From NCBI GenBank assembly GCA_963668175.1, contig OY764159.1, positions 2,848,001 through 2,912,000 of the forward strand: a DNA stretch of 64,000 nucleotides, given 5' to 3'. Below are positions 28,923 to 37,931 of the stretch, piece by piece. Position numbers and translations under genes: made by a program. The first letter of the stretch is position 1, and every line of letters starts with the position of its first letter. The stretch comes from Syntrophales bacterium. Lineage in GTDB: Bacteria; Desulfobacterota; Syntrophia; Syntrophales; PHBD01. The notes beneath the pieces were generated by a model. It was given only the letters and a program-made list of their open reading frames with translations, was not told the DNA's origin and ran no database searches.

Positions 28923-30485
28923 ATGAGTGAAGAAAAGAAAAAGAAAACGGCCTTAACGCGGCGCGATTTCCTGAAAAGGACGGGCGGCGCCGCCGCCGTC
29001 GCGGGCATGGCCACGGGCGGCCTGACCCTGGGCGCCTGGAACGCGGAAGCCGCCGCGCTTCCCAAGAAGTGGCACGAGACGTTCGACGTCGTGATCGTCG
29101 GCAGCGGATTCGCCGGACTGGCCGCCGCCTACGAGGCCAAGAAGGCAGGGGCCTCCGTGGTCGTCCTGGAGAAAATGAGGACGCCCGGCGGCAATTCGAT
29201 CATCAACGGCGGCGTCGTTTCGGCCGCAGGATCGCCGAAGCAGGAAAAGGAAGGCGTCAAGGATTCCCCGGACCTCCTTTACAAGGACATGCTTGCGGCC
29301 GGCCTCGGCCTGAACCACCCGGAACTGGCCAGGATGGTGGCGGACAACTCGACGCCGACGGTCTTGTGGACGATCAGCGAACTCGATGTCAAATACAAGG
29401 ACAAGCTGACGCAGGAAGGCGGCCATTCGGTCCCCCGTATGTACAGCACCTACAACCAGAGCGGTTCGGCCATCGTGACCCAGCAGCTTTTGAAGTTGAA
29501 GGAAATCGGCGTCGTTCCCAGGATGCAGGCCTTCCTGACGAAGATTTACCGCGACGAAAACGGGCGGGTCAAGGGCGTCCAGATCCGCGACGGTTATATG
29601 TTCCCGAAGGCCGACAGCGGCACGCTTAAAAACATCAAGGCCCGCAAGGCCGTCGTCATGGCGTCGGGCGGATTCGGCGCGGATGTTACCTTCCGCACCA
29701 TCCAGGACCCGCGCCTCACGGCCAGCGTCGATACGACCAACCAGCCCGGCGCGACGTCCGAGGGTATGCGCGAAATCCTCCGGATCGGAGCGACGCCCGT
29801 TCAGCTTTCGTGGATCCAGCTCGGCCCCTGGGGCAGCCCGGACGAAAAGGGCATGGGACTGGCGCCCTTCTTTGCGCAGCTCTGCTGCGCCATGTACGGC
29901 CTCTGGGTCGATACGAAGACCGGCAAGCGCTTCGTGAACGAGTTGGCGGACCGGAAAATCCGCGCCGACGCCATCATCAAGGCGGGCAACAAGTGCATCT
30001 GCTTCACCGACGCCAAGGGTTACGCCATAGGCGTCAAGCTGCTCGCGGAAAGCATGCCCAAGCTCATTGAAAGAGGCGTCGTCAAATCCTACAATTCGCT
30101 CGAAGAGATGGCCGCCGCCTACAACTGCCCGATCGAACCCCTGAAGGAGACCATCGCCAGGTTCAACAAGGCCGTGGCTGCCGGCAAGGACGAGGAATGG
30201 GACCGCTACCTTCAGAAGAACCAGATGCCCCTCGACCAGGGCCCCTATTACGCCATGCGCCTGATGCCGAAGGTCCACCACTGCATGGGCGGCGTCAATA
30301 TCAACGCCAGCGCGCAGGTCCTCGATATCGTTAACGACAAGCCCATCCCCGGCCTCTATGCCGCGGGCGAAGTGACGGGCGGCGTCCACGGGGCGGTCCG
30401 TCTGGGCAGTTGCGCCACCCTGGACTGTCTCATTTTCGGCCGCATCGCCGGACAGAATGCCGTCAAGGAAAAGGGCTGGAGCTGA
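28923..30485 (+). CDS. Tat-exported flavocytochrome c flavin subunit (FccA/UrdA-like reductase)
   Basis: TRRDFLK twin-arginine signal, GSGFAG FAD motif, GGHSVPR, HHCMGG, GLYAAGE and RLG. Confidence 0.9.
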   Translation: MSEEKKKKTALTRRDFLKRTGGAAAVAGMATGGLTLGAWNAEAAALPKKWHETFDVVIVGSGFAGLAAAYEAKKAGASVVVLEKMRTPGGNSIINGGVVSAAGSPKQEKEGVKDSPDLLYKDMLAAGLGLNHPELARMVADNSTPTVLWTISELDVKYKDKLTQEGGHSVPRMYSTYNQSGSAIVTQQLLKLKEIGVVPRMQAFLTKIYRDENGRVKGVQIRDGYMFPKADSGTLKNIKARKAVVMASGGFGADVTFRTIQDPRLTASVDTTNQPGATSEGMREILRIGATPVQLSWIQLGPWGSPDEKGMGLAPFFAQLCCAMYGLWVDTKTGKRFVNELADRKIRADAIIKAGNKCICFTDAKGYAIGVKLLAESMPKLIERGVVKSYNSLEEMAAAYNCPIEPLKETIARFNKAVAAGKDEEWDRYLQKNQMPLDQGPYYAMRLMPKVHHCMGGVNINASAQVLDIVNDKPIPGLYAAGEVTGGVHGAVRLGSCATLDCLIFGRIAGQNAVKEKGWS

Positions 30486-30575
30486 TTCAAGATAAGGGAT
30501 GACCGGGAGGGGGAGGTTTTCGCAGCTCAACCCTCCCGGTTATGTTATCCCGACACCAGCGATCGGAGACATCAT

Positions 30576-31103
30576 ATGAAAAACCCCTGCAACGGACGAA
30601 AAGTCGGGTTACCGGCCCTGTGGCTCGGATGCCTGTTTCTGATCGTCTTCATGGTTCAGGCGGCGTGGGCGGCACCGAAACTGGCGCCGAAGGCGAAACC
30701 CGGAGACTGTGCGGCCTGTCACGGCAAAGAGAAAGTCCTGCCCGACGGGCACGTCGACACCCGGTCCATGAACTGGGAGGCATGCGCTGCCTGCCATAAG
30801 GACGGAAAAATGGCCCTCGCCGGCAAGATGTCCGGCGGACACCGGCACATGCTCTCCGGCGTCACTTGCGCCCAGTGCCACGGCAAGACCGCCAAACCCA
30901 AAGCCGTCAAGGCGGACAAGTGCGCCGCCTGCCACGGCAGTCCGGAAAAACTGGCCGAAAAGACGGCCAAGGTGAAGCCGGAAAACCCGCATACGTCGCC
31001 GCATTACGGAACAACCCTGGACTGCGGCCTGTGCCATCACCAGCATGCCAAGTCCGAGGACTACTGCGCCCAGTGCCATCAGTTCAAGTTCCGGACGCCC
31101 TGA
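30576..31103 (+). CDS. Periplasmic hexaheme cytochrome c
   Basis: Signal peptide and six CxxCH motifs. Confidence 0.9.
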   Translation: MKNPCNGRKVGLPALWLGCLFLIVFMVQAAWAAPKLAPKAKPGDCAACHGKEKVLPDGHVDTRSMNWEACAACHKDGKMALAGKMSGGHRHMLSGVTCAQCHGKTAKPKAVKADKCAACHGSPEKLAEKTAKVKPENPHTSPHYGTTLDCGLCHHQHAKSEDYCAQCHQFKFRTP

Positions 31104-31358
31104 AAGCATTATAACGCGCTGCGCGGAGGGACGGTCGAACCGCATTCCTCCGCGCGGCTGCTTTCTCCGGTCCACATTCCCCTCCGGCAACCGAAGTTAA
31201 CCTATCGGATTATTATCCTTTTCCATTTTTGACATTTTCCCTTTCGCCCGCCGCCATATTTTCGGCAAACGCTCGTGCTATCCGCCGGAAAATGTGATAC
31301 AGAAACCGCCTCGACTTGTCCCGTAAATGTCTGACGCGACATATTTCAGGAGGTCAGG

Positions 31359-33890
31359 ATGTTCGGCTTTTTCAGGCCACCGGAATACGACGAAGAAGAA
31401 AAGACCCTGGCCGCGCGGAATCTCTTCCTGATCCTCAGGATACTCCTCCTGACCGGATTGATGCCGCTCATGCTCGCCGTGGCGATCCCGGCGACATTCT
31501 GGCGGTGGGCGACGGCGGTGGCATTCGTGGAAGCGGCCGGCATCGGCCTTTTGTTCCTGAATAAAAAAGGGCGCACAAAGCTTGCAGGCCATCTGACGAT
31601 TGTGACGATCTGGGTCCTGGCGACGGCGCTCGCCCTCACCAACGGCGGCGTACATGCGAACGCCATGATGGTCTATCTCCTGGCGGTTTTCGTGGCGGGA
31701 TTCATCCAGAGCGTTACCGCGGGCATCCTGACGTCCATCGTCTGCATGCTCACGGGGCTTGCGCTCGTTGCCCTCGAATACGCCGGCATGCTCTCGCCGT
31801 ACCGGGTACCCCACAACTCCGTGTCGCTGTGGATCATCAATTGCATGTTCATGGCGGTCACCATCGTCATGCAGGCCATCGTCAGCCGCACGGTCAGGAA
31901 CTCCTTCAGGAAATCCCGCGAAGAACTCAGGGCGCGGCAAACGGCCCTTCTGGCCCTCGCCGAAAGCGAGGAGCGTTTCCGGAGCATTTTCGAGAACGCC
32001 CGGGAAGGCATCTTCCAGAGCACGCCTGAAGGCAGGTTCATCAAGGTCAATCCCGCCATGGCCAGAATGTGGGGATACGCCTCGCCTGCGGAGATGATCG
32101 AGGAAGTCAAAGACATTGCGAAACAACACTATGCCGATCCGGATAAACGCGCCGTCTTCTTGGAGACGATGGAAAAGTACGGTGTCGTCGAAGGCTACCT
32201 CCACGAGATATGCCGGAAGGACGGAAGCAGGATATGGGTTTCCTTGAATGCCCGGGTCGTCCGGGACGCCTCCGGCCGGATCGCCTTCTACGAAGGCTCC
32301 CACGAAGACATCACGGAGCGCCTGGAGATGGAGGCGGCGTTGCGCGAAAGCCGCGAGCTTTACCGGGGCATGTCGGAACAGTCGCACACGGCGATCTGTC
32401 TCGTCGACGAGGAGGCGAAAATCGTCTGGGCCAATAAGAAGATGATGGATATCGGGGGATACACGGAAGAGGAATTCTACCGTGCTGAGTCCTTCATACC
32501 TTTCCTGGCGCCGGAATCGATCGAATTCGTCGTCGGTAATTTCCGGAAATTCGTTGCCGGCGAACCTTACGAACGGCACTATTTTCTCAACATCGCCCGC
32601 AAGGACGGGGATAAGCGCTATTGCGAGAAGTACATGACGGACATCATGGACATGTACGGCAAAAGGCATCTCGTGATCAATATCCTCGACATTACCGACC
32701 GGGTCCGCGACGAGGAAGAACGCAAGGCGATGGAAGACCGTCTGCGGCGGTCGGAAAAGATGGAGGCCCTGGGGCTTCTGGCCGGAGGGGTGGCCCACGA
32801 CCTGAACAATATCCTCGGCGTCATGGCCGGTTATTCCCAGCTTCTGCGAAGCGAGATAGGCAAGGACAGCGACCTGCGGGAGCACGTCGATTATATCGTC
32901 CAATCGAGCGAACGGGCCGCGACAGTCGTTCAGGACCTCCTGACCCTGGCGCGGCGGGGCGCGGCCGTAATGAAAACCCTGGACCTCAACAAGACGGTTT
33001 ACGACTATTTCCGTTCGCCCGAATACGAGGGCATTCTTTCACGGCATCCGAGGGTCCGTCTGAAGATCGAACTTTCCGACACGCTTCTTCGGATCAGCGG
33101 TTCGTCGGTCCATCTCATGAAGACCCTCATGAACCTCGTCGCCAACGCGGCGGAGGCCATGCCGAGGGGCGGCGAACTGACCGTCCGGACGGAAAACCGC
33201 TATCTCGACAGGCCGGTCAAGGGATACGACGACCTGCAGCCGGGCGAGTACGCCGTCCTGTCCGTCTCGGACACGGGCGACGGGATACCGGCACAGGATA
33301 TGAAACGGATCTTTGAGCCTTTCTATACGAAGAAGATGATGGGGCACAGCGGAACGGGACTGGGACTGACGGTCGTCTGGGGGACCGTGAAGGACCACAA
33401 CGGCTATATCGACGTGGAGAGCGCCGAGGGCCGGGGAACGACCTTCTCCCTCTATTTTCCGGCAACGCGTGACGAAAACGGGGAACTGTCCGTATTGCCC
33501 GAAGCCATGTACATGGGGCGGGGCGAGTCGATTCTGGTGGTGGACGACGTGCAGGGGCAGCGCGACCTCGCGACGAGAATGCTGACGAAGCTCAACTACC
33601 GGGCGGTCGCCGTCGCCAGCGGCGAAGAGGCCGTCGAGTACCTGAAATGGAACGCCTGCGACCTGATGATCCTCGATATGATCATGGACCCGGGTATCGA
33701 CGGCCTGGAAACGTACCGACGCATCGTCGCGTTCAGGCCCGGTCAGAAGGCCATCATCGTCAGCGGCTACGCCGAGACGGAAAGGGTCGCCAAGGCCCAG
33801 GAATGCGGCGCGGGGGCCTACGTCAGGAAACCCTACATGCTGGAAAGGCTGGGAATGGAAGTGCGGAAGGAACTGGACAAACCGTCGTGA
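31359..33890 (+). CDS. Membrane PAS-PAS hybrid histidine kinase/response regulator
   Basis: N-terminal TM helices, two PAS domains, AHDLNN H-box, GTGLGL and C-terminal REC. Confidence 0.92.
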   Translation: MFGFFRPPEYDEEEKTLAARNLFLILRILLLTGLMPLMLAVAIPATFWRWATAVAFVEAAGIGLLFLNKKGRTKLAGHLTIVTIWVLATALALTNGGVHANAMMVYLLAVFVAGFIQSVTAGILTSIVCMLTGLALVALEYAGMLSPYRVPHNSVSLWIINCMFMAVTIVMQAIVSRTVRNSFRKSREELRARQTALLALAESEERFRSIFENAREGIFQSTPEGRFIKVNPAMARMWGYASPAEMIEEVKDIAKQHYADPDKRAVFLETMEKYGVVEGYLHEICRKDGSRIWVSLNARVVRDASGRIAFYEGSHEDITERLEMEAALRESRELYRGMSEQSHTAICLVDEEAKIVWANKKMMDIGGYTEEEFYRAESFIPFLAPESIEFVVGNFRKFVAGEPYERHYFLNIARKDGDKRYCEKYMTDIMDMYGKRHLVINILDITDRVRDEEERKAMEDRLRRSEKMEALGLLAGGVAHDLNNILGVMAGYSQLLRSEIGKDSDLREHVDYIVQSSERAATVVQDLLTLARRGAAVMKTLDLNKTVYDYFRSPEYEGILSRHPRVRLKIELSDTLLRISGSSVHLMKTLMNLVANAAEAMPRGGELTVRTENRYLDRPVKGYDDLQPGEYAVLSVSDTGDGIPAQDMKRIFEPFYTKKMMGHSGTGLGLTVVWGTVKDHNGYIDVESAEGRGTTFSLYFPATRDENGELSVLPEAMYMGRGESILVVDDVQGQRDLATRMLTKLNYRAVAVASGEEAVEYLKWNACDLMILDMIMDPGIDGLETYRRIVAFRPGQKAIIVSGYAETERVAKAQECGAGAYVRKPYMLERLGMEVRKELDKPS

Positions 33891-33981
33891 CCGGCGCGGT
33901 GTCGGCGATTGCGCGTGCGGTCCCGTCCTGCCTTTCTGTCCGGGCGGTTCTGTCCGGGGCGTCCCGGCATGCTTCCCTATA

Positions 33982-34434
33982 TCACGCTTCCGAAGCGGTC
34001 TTTTCCCGGAACCCCTTCGAAAGTTCTGCCAGGCGTTTTTTCTGGGCCTTCTCCGCGAGGAACCTCTCGGTGATGTCGCGGCCGACGGCCGCCGCTCCCT
34101 GGACCGTTCCGCTATCATCCCGTACGAGGGCAAAGCTCAGATCGACGTAGATCGTCTTACCGCTGCCGTGAAGGGCGCGCGTCGGCATCGACCTGTTCCC
34201 CAGTTTCAGAACACCCGTCGCCACGGCGAGGCGATAGGCCCCCCAGTGCCGGGCGCGAAGCGCCTCCGGGATGATCGCATCGATGCTTTTGCCCTCGATC
34301 TCATGCCGGGCAAATCCGAAGACGGACTCCGCCCCACGGTTCCACAGGCGGACGATGCCATTCACGTCGGCGAAGATGACCGCTTCGGGCACCTGTTCCA
34401 CGATGTGTCGATAGAGGCTGGCGTCGTCGTTCAT
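33982..34434 (-). CDS. Stand-alone PAS-domain protein
   Basis: LWNRGAESVFG, IIPEALRARH and RDITER motifs. Confidence 0.85.
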   Translation of the reverse strand: MNDDASLYRHIVEQVPEAVIFADVNGIVRLWNRGAESVFGFARHEIEGKSIDAIIPEALRARHWGAYRLAVATGVLKLGNRSMPTRALHGSGKTIYVDLSFALVRDDSGTVQGAAAVGRDITERFLAEKAQKKRLAELSKGFREKTASEA

Positions 34435-34462
34435 TGGGCCCGTCTCATGTCCTTTTCCGGGC

Positions 34463-34499
34463 AAAAAAAGACAGCCTTTTCACCAGGCTGTCTTTTTTT
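34463..34499. terminator. Intrinsic terminator, bidirectional shape
   Basis: A7-GACAGCCT-loop-AGGCTGTC-T7 just downstream of the usp gene. Confidence 0.8.
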
Positions 34500-34515
34500 G
34501 TCATTCGGATCGAAG

Positions 34516-34956
34516 TTACTCCTTGACGAGAAGGACGGGGCACTTGGCTCCCCGGACGACCTTGTCCGCGATGCTCCCCAGGTGCTGAATCAGACCCGTT
34601 TTGCCATGCGAACCTATCACGATCAGGTCGATGTTCTTGTCCTGCTGTTCTTTAATGATCGTTTCGTAGGCGTCGCCCTTTTGGACGTCGAAGACGATCG
34701 GGACGCCGTTGGCGGAGACGGCCGCTGTCTCTTTTTTCAGCTGTTCCTCGGCAAACTTCACGCTTTGTTTTTCGACCTGCTCTACGAGTGCGAAGTCGAT
34801 GCAGTAATCGACGGCACATTGGGCGATCCTGTCGACCACGTGTAGGAGGTAAATCTTCGACTTGTGCTGAGTTGCTATATCCACGGCCTTCTGCAAGGCC
34901 TTATCCGAAAAATCGGAGAAATCGGTAGGAACCAGAATATTCTTCGGCGCGAACAT
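34516..34956 (-). CDS. Universal stress protein (UspA family)
   Basis: KNILVPTDFS, DLIVIGSHGKTG and GSIADKVVRGAKCPVL motifs. Confidence 0.92.
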   Translation of the reverse strand: MFAPKNILVPTDFSDFSDKALQKAVDIATQHKSKIYLLHVVDRIAQCAVDYCIDFALVEQVEKQSVKFAEEQLKKETAAVSANGVPIVFDVQKGDAYETIIKEQQDKNIDLIVIGSHGKTGLIQHLGSIADKVVRGAKCPVLLVKE

Positions 34957-34979
34957 GTTCGTTTCCTCCTTTCGTTTCA

Positions 34980-35240
34980 TTACTTGCCGCTGCAAAGTTC
35001 TTCCATCTTCTTGAAATGATCGTCGGCGAACGTCTTGAAACTGTCCCGGCCCTGCCTGTACGTGCCGAACCAGTTATCAACCGTCTTCTTCGCTTCTTCC
35101 GGAAACAGGGGGGACTGGGCCATCATCTGCGCGAAGGCCTTCTCCGTCTGGTCCTGCAAGACACAGATGGCGCCGAAATAATTGTTGAACATGGTCTTGT
35201 TGAACTCAATCATCTGTTTGCCTATCTGCTTGGGGTCCAT
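34980..35240 (-). CDS. Small helical hypothetical protein (phasin-like)
   Basis: MDPKQIGKQMIEFNKT...QDQTEK amphipathic pattern, AAGGAGG RBS. Confidence 0.6.
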   Translation of the reverse strand: MDPKQIGKQMIEFNKTMFNNYFGAICVLQDQTEKAFAQMMAQSPLFPEEAKKTVDNWFGTYRQGRDSFKTFADDHFKKMEELCSGK

Positions 35241-35485
35241 ATCTTCCTCCTTTCTCCTCCCGACGGCGGTAAGTATTTGTATAATATATATAGGGATCGC
35301 AGGGATGAAAAGCAACGGGGGCAGAACGAGAGCCGATTGGTAGGTCGCTGCTTACAATGGTAAAAAATCAGCCTTCATGAAGCTTTCCCGAAGGCAAAGC
35401 AGCGGAGACGGACCGGACCGCAGGGGGCCGGGAGGCGCGCCTTTCGGGGCGGCCGCCTCATCCGTGCCTCACTTGTCGGTCCGGT

Positions 35486-35953
35486 CTAGGAAAGCTGTTC
35501 GGACAGGTAGTTCTGAATGCCGATCTGGTGGATCTGGTCGAGCTGGGCCTCCAGAAAATCGAGATGCTTCTCTTCGTCGTTCAGGATGTCCTGAAGCATA
35601 TCGCGCGTCCCGTTGTCGCCGAGTTCCGCCGCCAGGCGAATACCGTCGTTGTAGCTTGCGATGGCCCCCAGCTCCGAGGCGAGGTCGTTCTTGTGCTGTA
35701 TCGCCACTTCCGCGCCTATCTCGATTTTCTTATAATGGCTCATGTTGGGACGGCCTTCCAGAAAGAGGATGCGGGCGATGAGCTTCTCGGCGTGCTTCAT
35801 TTCGTCGATGGCCCTCTTCTCGTCGGCCTTGTGAAGCTTTTCGTATCCCCAGTTGTCGCACATCTCCGCGTGGACCATGTACTGGTTGACGGCGGTCAGC
35901 TCGTCCGACAGGAGATCGTTCAGTTTTTCGATGACTTTTTCGTTACCTTTCAT
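35486..35953 (-). CDS. bfr: Bacterioferritin
   Basis: MKGNEKVI, ELTAVNQY, DEMKHA (heme Met) and DEEKH ferroxidase motifs. Confidence 0.93.
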   Translation of the reverse strand: MKGNEKVIEKLNDLLSDELTAVNQYMVHAEMCDNWGYEKLHKADEKRAIDEMKHAEKLIARILFLEGRPNMSHYKKIEIGAEVAIQHKNDLASELGAIASYNDGIRLAAELGDNGTRDMLQDILNDEEKHLDFLEAQLDQIHQIGIQNYLSEQLS

Positions 35954-36032
35954 GCAATGGCTCCTTTCCATGCTCTATTTTTAGCCTTTCGCAACCTTCG
36001 GCCGCGAAAGTTTTTTGGTCTTCTCTTCTTCT

Positions 36033-36413
36033 CTATTTCGCCTCGCCGCCGACGGTCATCTCGACGGTCTTGTGCCCGAAGAGGCTGCACGTCGCCGTGA
36101 CTTCGATCTTATCGCCCGCCTTGGCCTCCACTTTATACGTATAGGTGTATGTGTCCGTATCGGGTTGTCTTTCATAGGTGTTGTTGCTTGCTTCGGTCCC
36201 GTTCTTCTTAATCGCAACCGTCTTGATGTAATGCCAGCCGGGCGCCGCCGACGGGTGCGTGATGGCGACGGACAGGGTCTGCGAAGCCGCGTCGTATTCG
36301 AGGACCACATTTTTCGGGGCGTTGGCGAAGGAAGACTGAACCGCCGTCAGAATGAAGATGACGGCGAGGACGGCGATCAGAACGCTTTTTACTTTTTTGC
36401 TTGTCTTTGTCAT
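36033..36413 (-). CDS. Exported protein with superoxide-reductase/desulfoferrodoxin-like motif
   Basis: Signal peptide, THP...WHYI and ATCSLFG, which resemble the SOR H..HYI..CNxHG pattern. Confidence 0.5.
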   Translation of the reverse strand: MTKTSKKVKSVLIAVLAVIFILTAVQSSFANAPKNVVLEYDAASQTLSVAITHPSAAPGWHYIKTVAIKKNGTEASNNTYERQPDTDTYTYTYKVEAKAGDKIEVTATCSLFGHKTVEMTVGGEAK

Positions 36414-36414
36414 T

Positions 36415-37833
36415 CTAAGTCTCCCGGTTATTTCCATGAGTGTTACACATCCGGGACGGGCGGGCCCGCCCCCCCTTGCCCTTTTCCATGCCGTGATATC
36501 GTACTCCCCTGCGTTCCGTTTCGACGGGCTGCGGCGAGAATATCTTCCTGGGAAAGAAGCAGTACGGACATTCCGTATGGGGCTTCCTGCCGTAATACAT
36601 CTTGCCGCATGTCGGGCAGCGGCGCTGGAACAGACCGCCGCGACCGGTGATGATGTCCCTTTTCGCGGCGCGGCAGGCGTCCCGGGAGGACGGCCGCAAC
36701 CGGCCGGGGCTGTTCATCACGGCGCCGGCCAGGACGATGCGCCGGATTTCGCTGACGTTCTCCTGTATCCTCAGGAGACGGATGTCGTGGTACCGCTGCT
36801 CCGCGGCCATCATTTGCGTACAGCCGCACTCTGCGAAGATATCCATGGCGTCGTTGGCGAGTTCCCAGGCCATGGCATAGATCTTGTCCATCGACGGCGT
36901 GAAGGACCGTTCCATGTTCTTGTCGAGTTCCCAGGCCGCTTTCCACGTCAGGAGCCTTGCCGCAACGAGCTTTTTCCGCATTCCGGCGAGTTTCCCTTCG
37001 ATCGCCGCGGTCGTCATCCCCGGGCTTCGGCGTCTGTCGGCATGGTCGGCGGCAAATTCCACGGCCGAACGGGCCGTTCCCACTGCCAGGGCGCTCACCA
37101 TCGGTCTTATACGGCTGAAGGCCTTTACGGCGAGATCCAGGCCTTCGCCGGGTTCCGCCATCACGGCGCGCGCAGGCACGAACACATTGTTGAAGGCGAT
37201 TCCCGCCGTAAGCGAACGGCGTTGACCGTGCCTCGGGACCGTCCGGCACACGGATACGCCCGGGGAGGCCAGTTCGACCAGGAAGGCCCCGATGTCCCCG
37301 GCGCCGCCTGACGCCCCCGTTCCGGCGAAAACGCACATGTAATCGGCGATGCCGCCGTTTACGACCGAATATACCGCCCCGTTCAGGATGAAGCCTCCAT
37401 CCGTCTCGTCTGCGCGGCAGCGGCAATCCGCCGTACTTTCCCCGACGACGGTTTCCGAGGCGGCAAAGCAGATCAATTTGAACGAGGAGGCAATATCCTT
37501 AAGAAAACGGGTCTTCAGCTCTTCGTTCCGTGTGAGTATCAAGGGGGCAATACTCAGGGAGTTGTCGAAGATCGACATGGCGATTCCCGGACAAGCGGCG
37601 GCGATCTCCTCGATCATCATGACGACATCGAGGAACCGATAGCCCCTGCCGCCATACCGGGCCGGGATGTCGGCGCTCAGGATGCCCGCCTCGAAAGCCT
37701 TTTTCAGGATATCGAGGGGCATGTAATCTTCTTCGTCGTAATACCACGCTACGGGCAGGATTTCCTGCCGGGCGAATTCACAGGCCATCCGCCGGATGCT
37801 TGTTTGGTTCTCTGTAAGTCCGGTATCCGGCAT
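36415..37833 (-). CDS. Divergent acyl-CoA dehydrogenase-like protein with C-terminal rubredoxin-like domain
   Basis: Paralog of 37932-39284 with altered FAD and catalytic motifs. CPTC...CPYC present. Start at MPDTG after the GGAGG RBS. Confidence 0.8.
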   Translation of the reverse strand: MPDTGLTENQTSIRRMACEFARQEILPVAWYYDEEDYMPLDILKKAFEAGILSADIPARYGGRGYRFLDVVMMIEEIAAACPGIAMSIFDNSLSIAPLILTRNEELKTRFLKDIASSFKLICFAASETVVGESTADCRCRADETDGGFILNGAVYSVVNGGIADYMCVFAGTGASGGAGDIGAFLVELASPGVSVCRTVPRHGQRRSLTAGIAFNNVFVPARAVMAEPGEGLDLAVKAFSRIRPMVSALAVGTARSAVEFAADHADRRRSPGMTTAAIEGKLAGMRKKLVAARLLTWKAAWELDKNMERSFTPSMDKIYAMAWELANDAMDIFAECGCTQMMAAEQRYHDIRLLRIQENVSEIRRIVLAGAVMNSPGRLRPSSRDACRAAKRDIITGRGGLFQRRCPTCGKMYYGRKPHTECPYCFFPRKIFSPQPVETERRGVRYHGMEKGKGGRARPSRMCNTHGNNRET

Positions 37834-37931
37834 ATCCTTACCTCCTGCCTCGTCCCCCTCGGTGCTCAACGGCGGAAACGGAGCCCAAGACCGGTCGGGA
37901 AGAGACGACATGTTCACGCTTATTGACGTTC

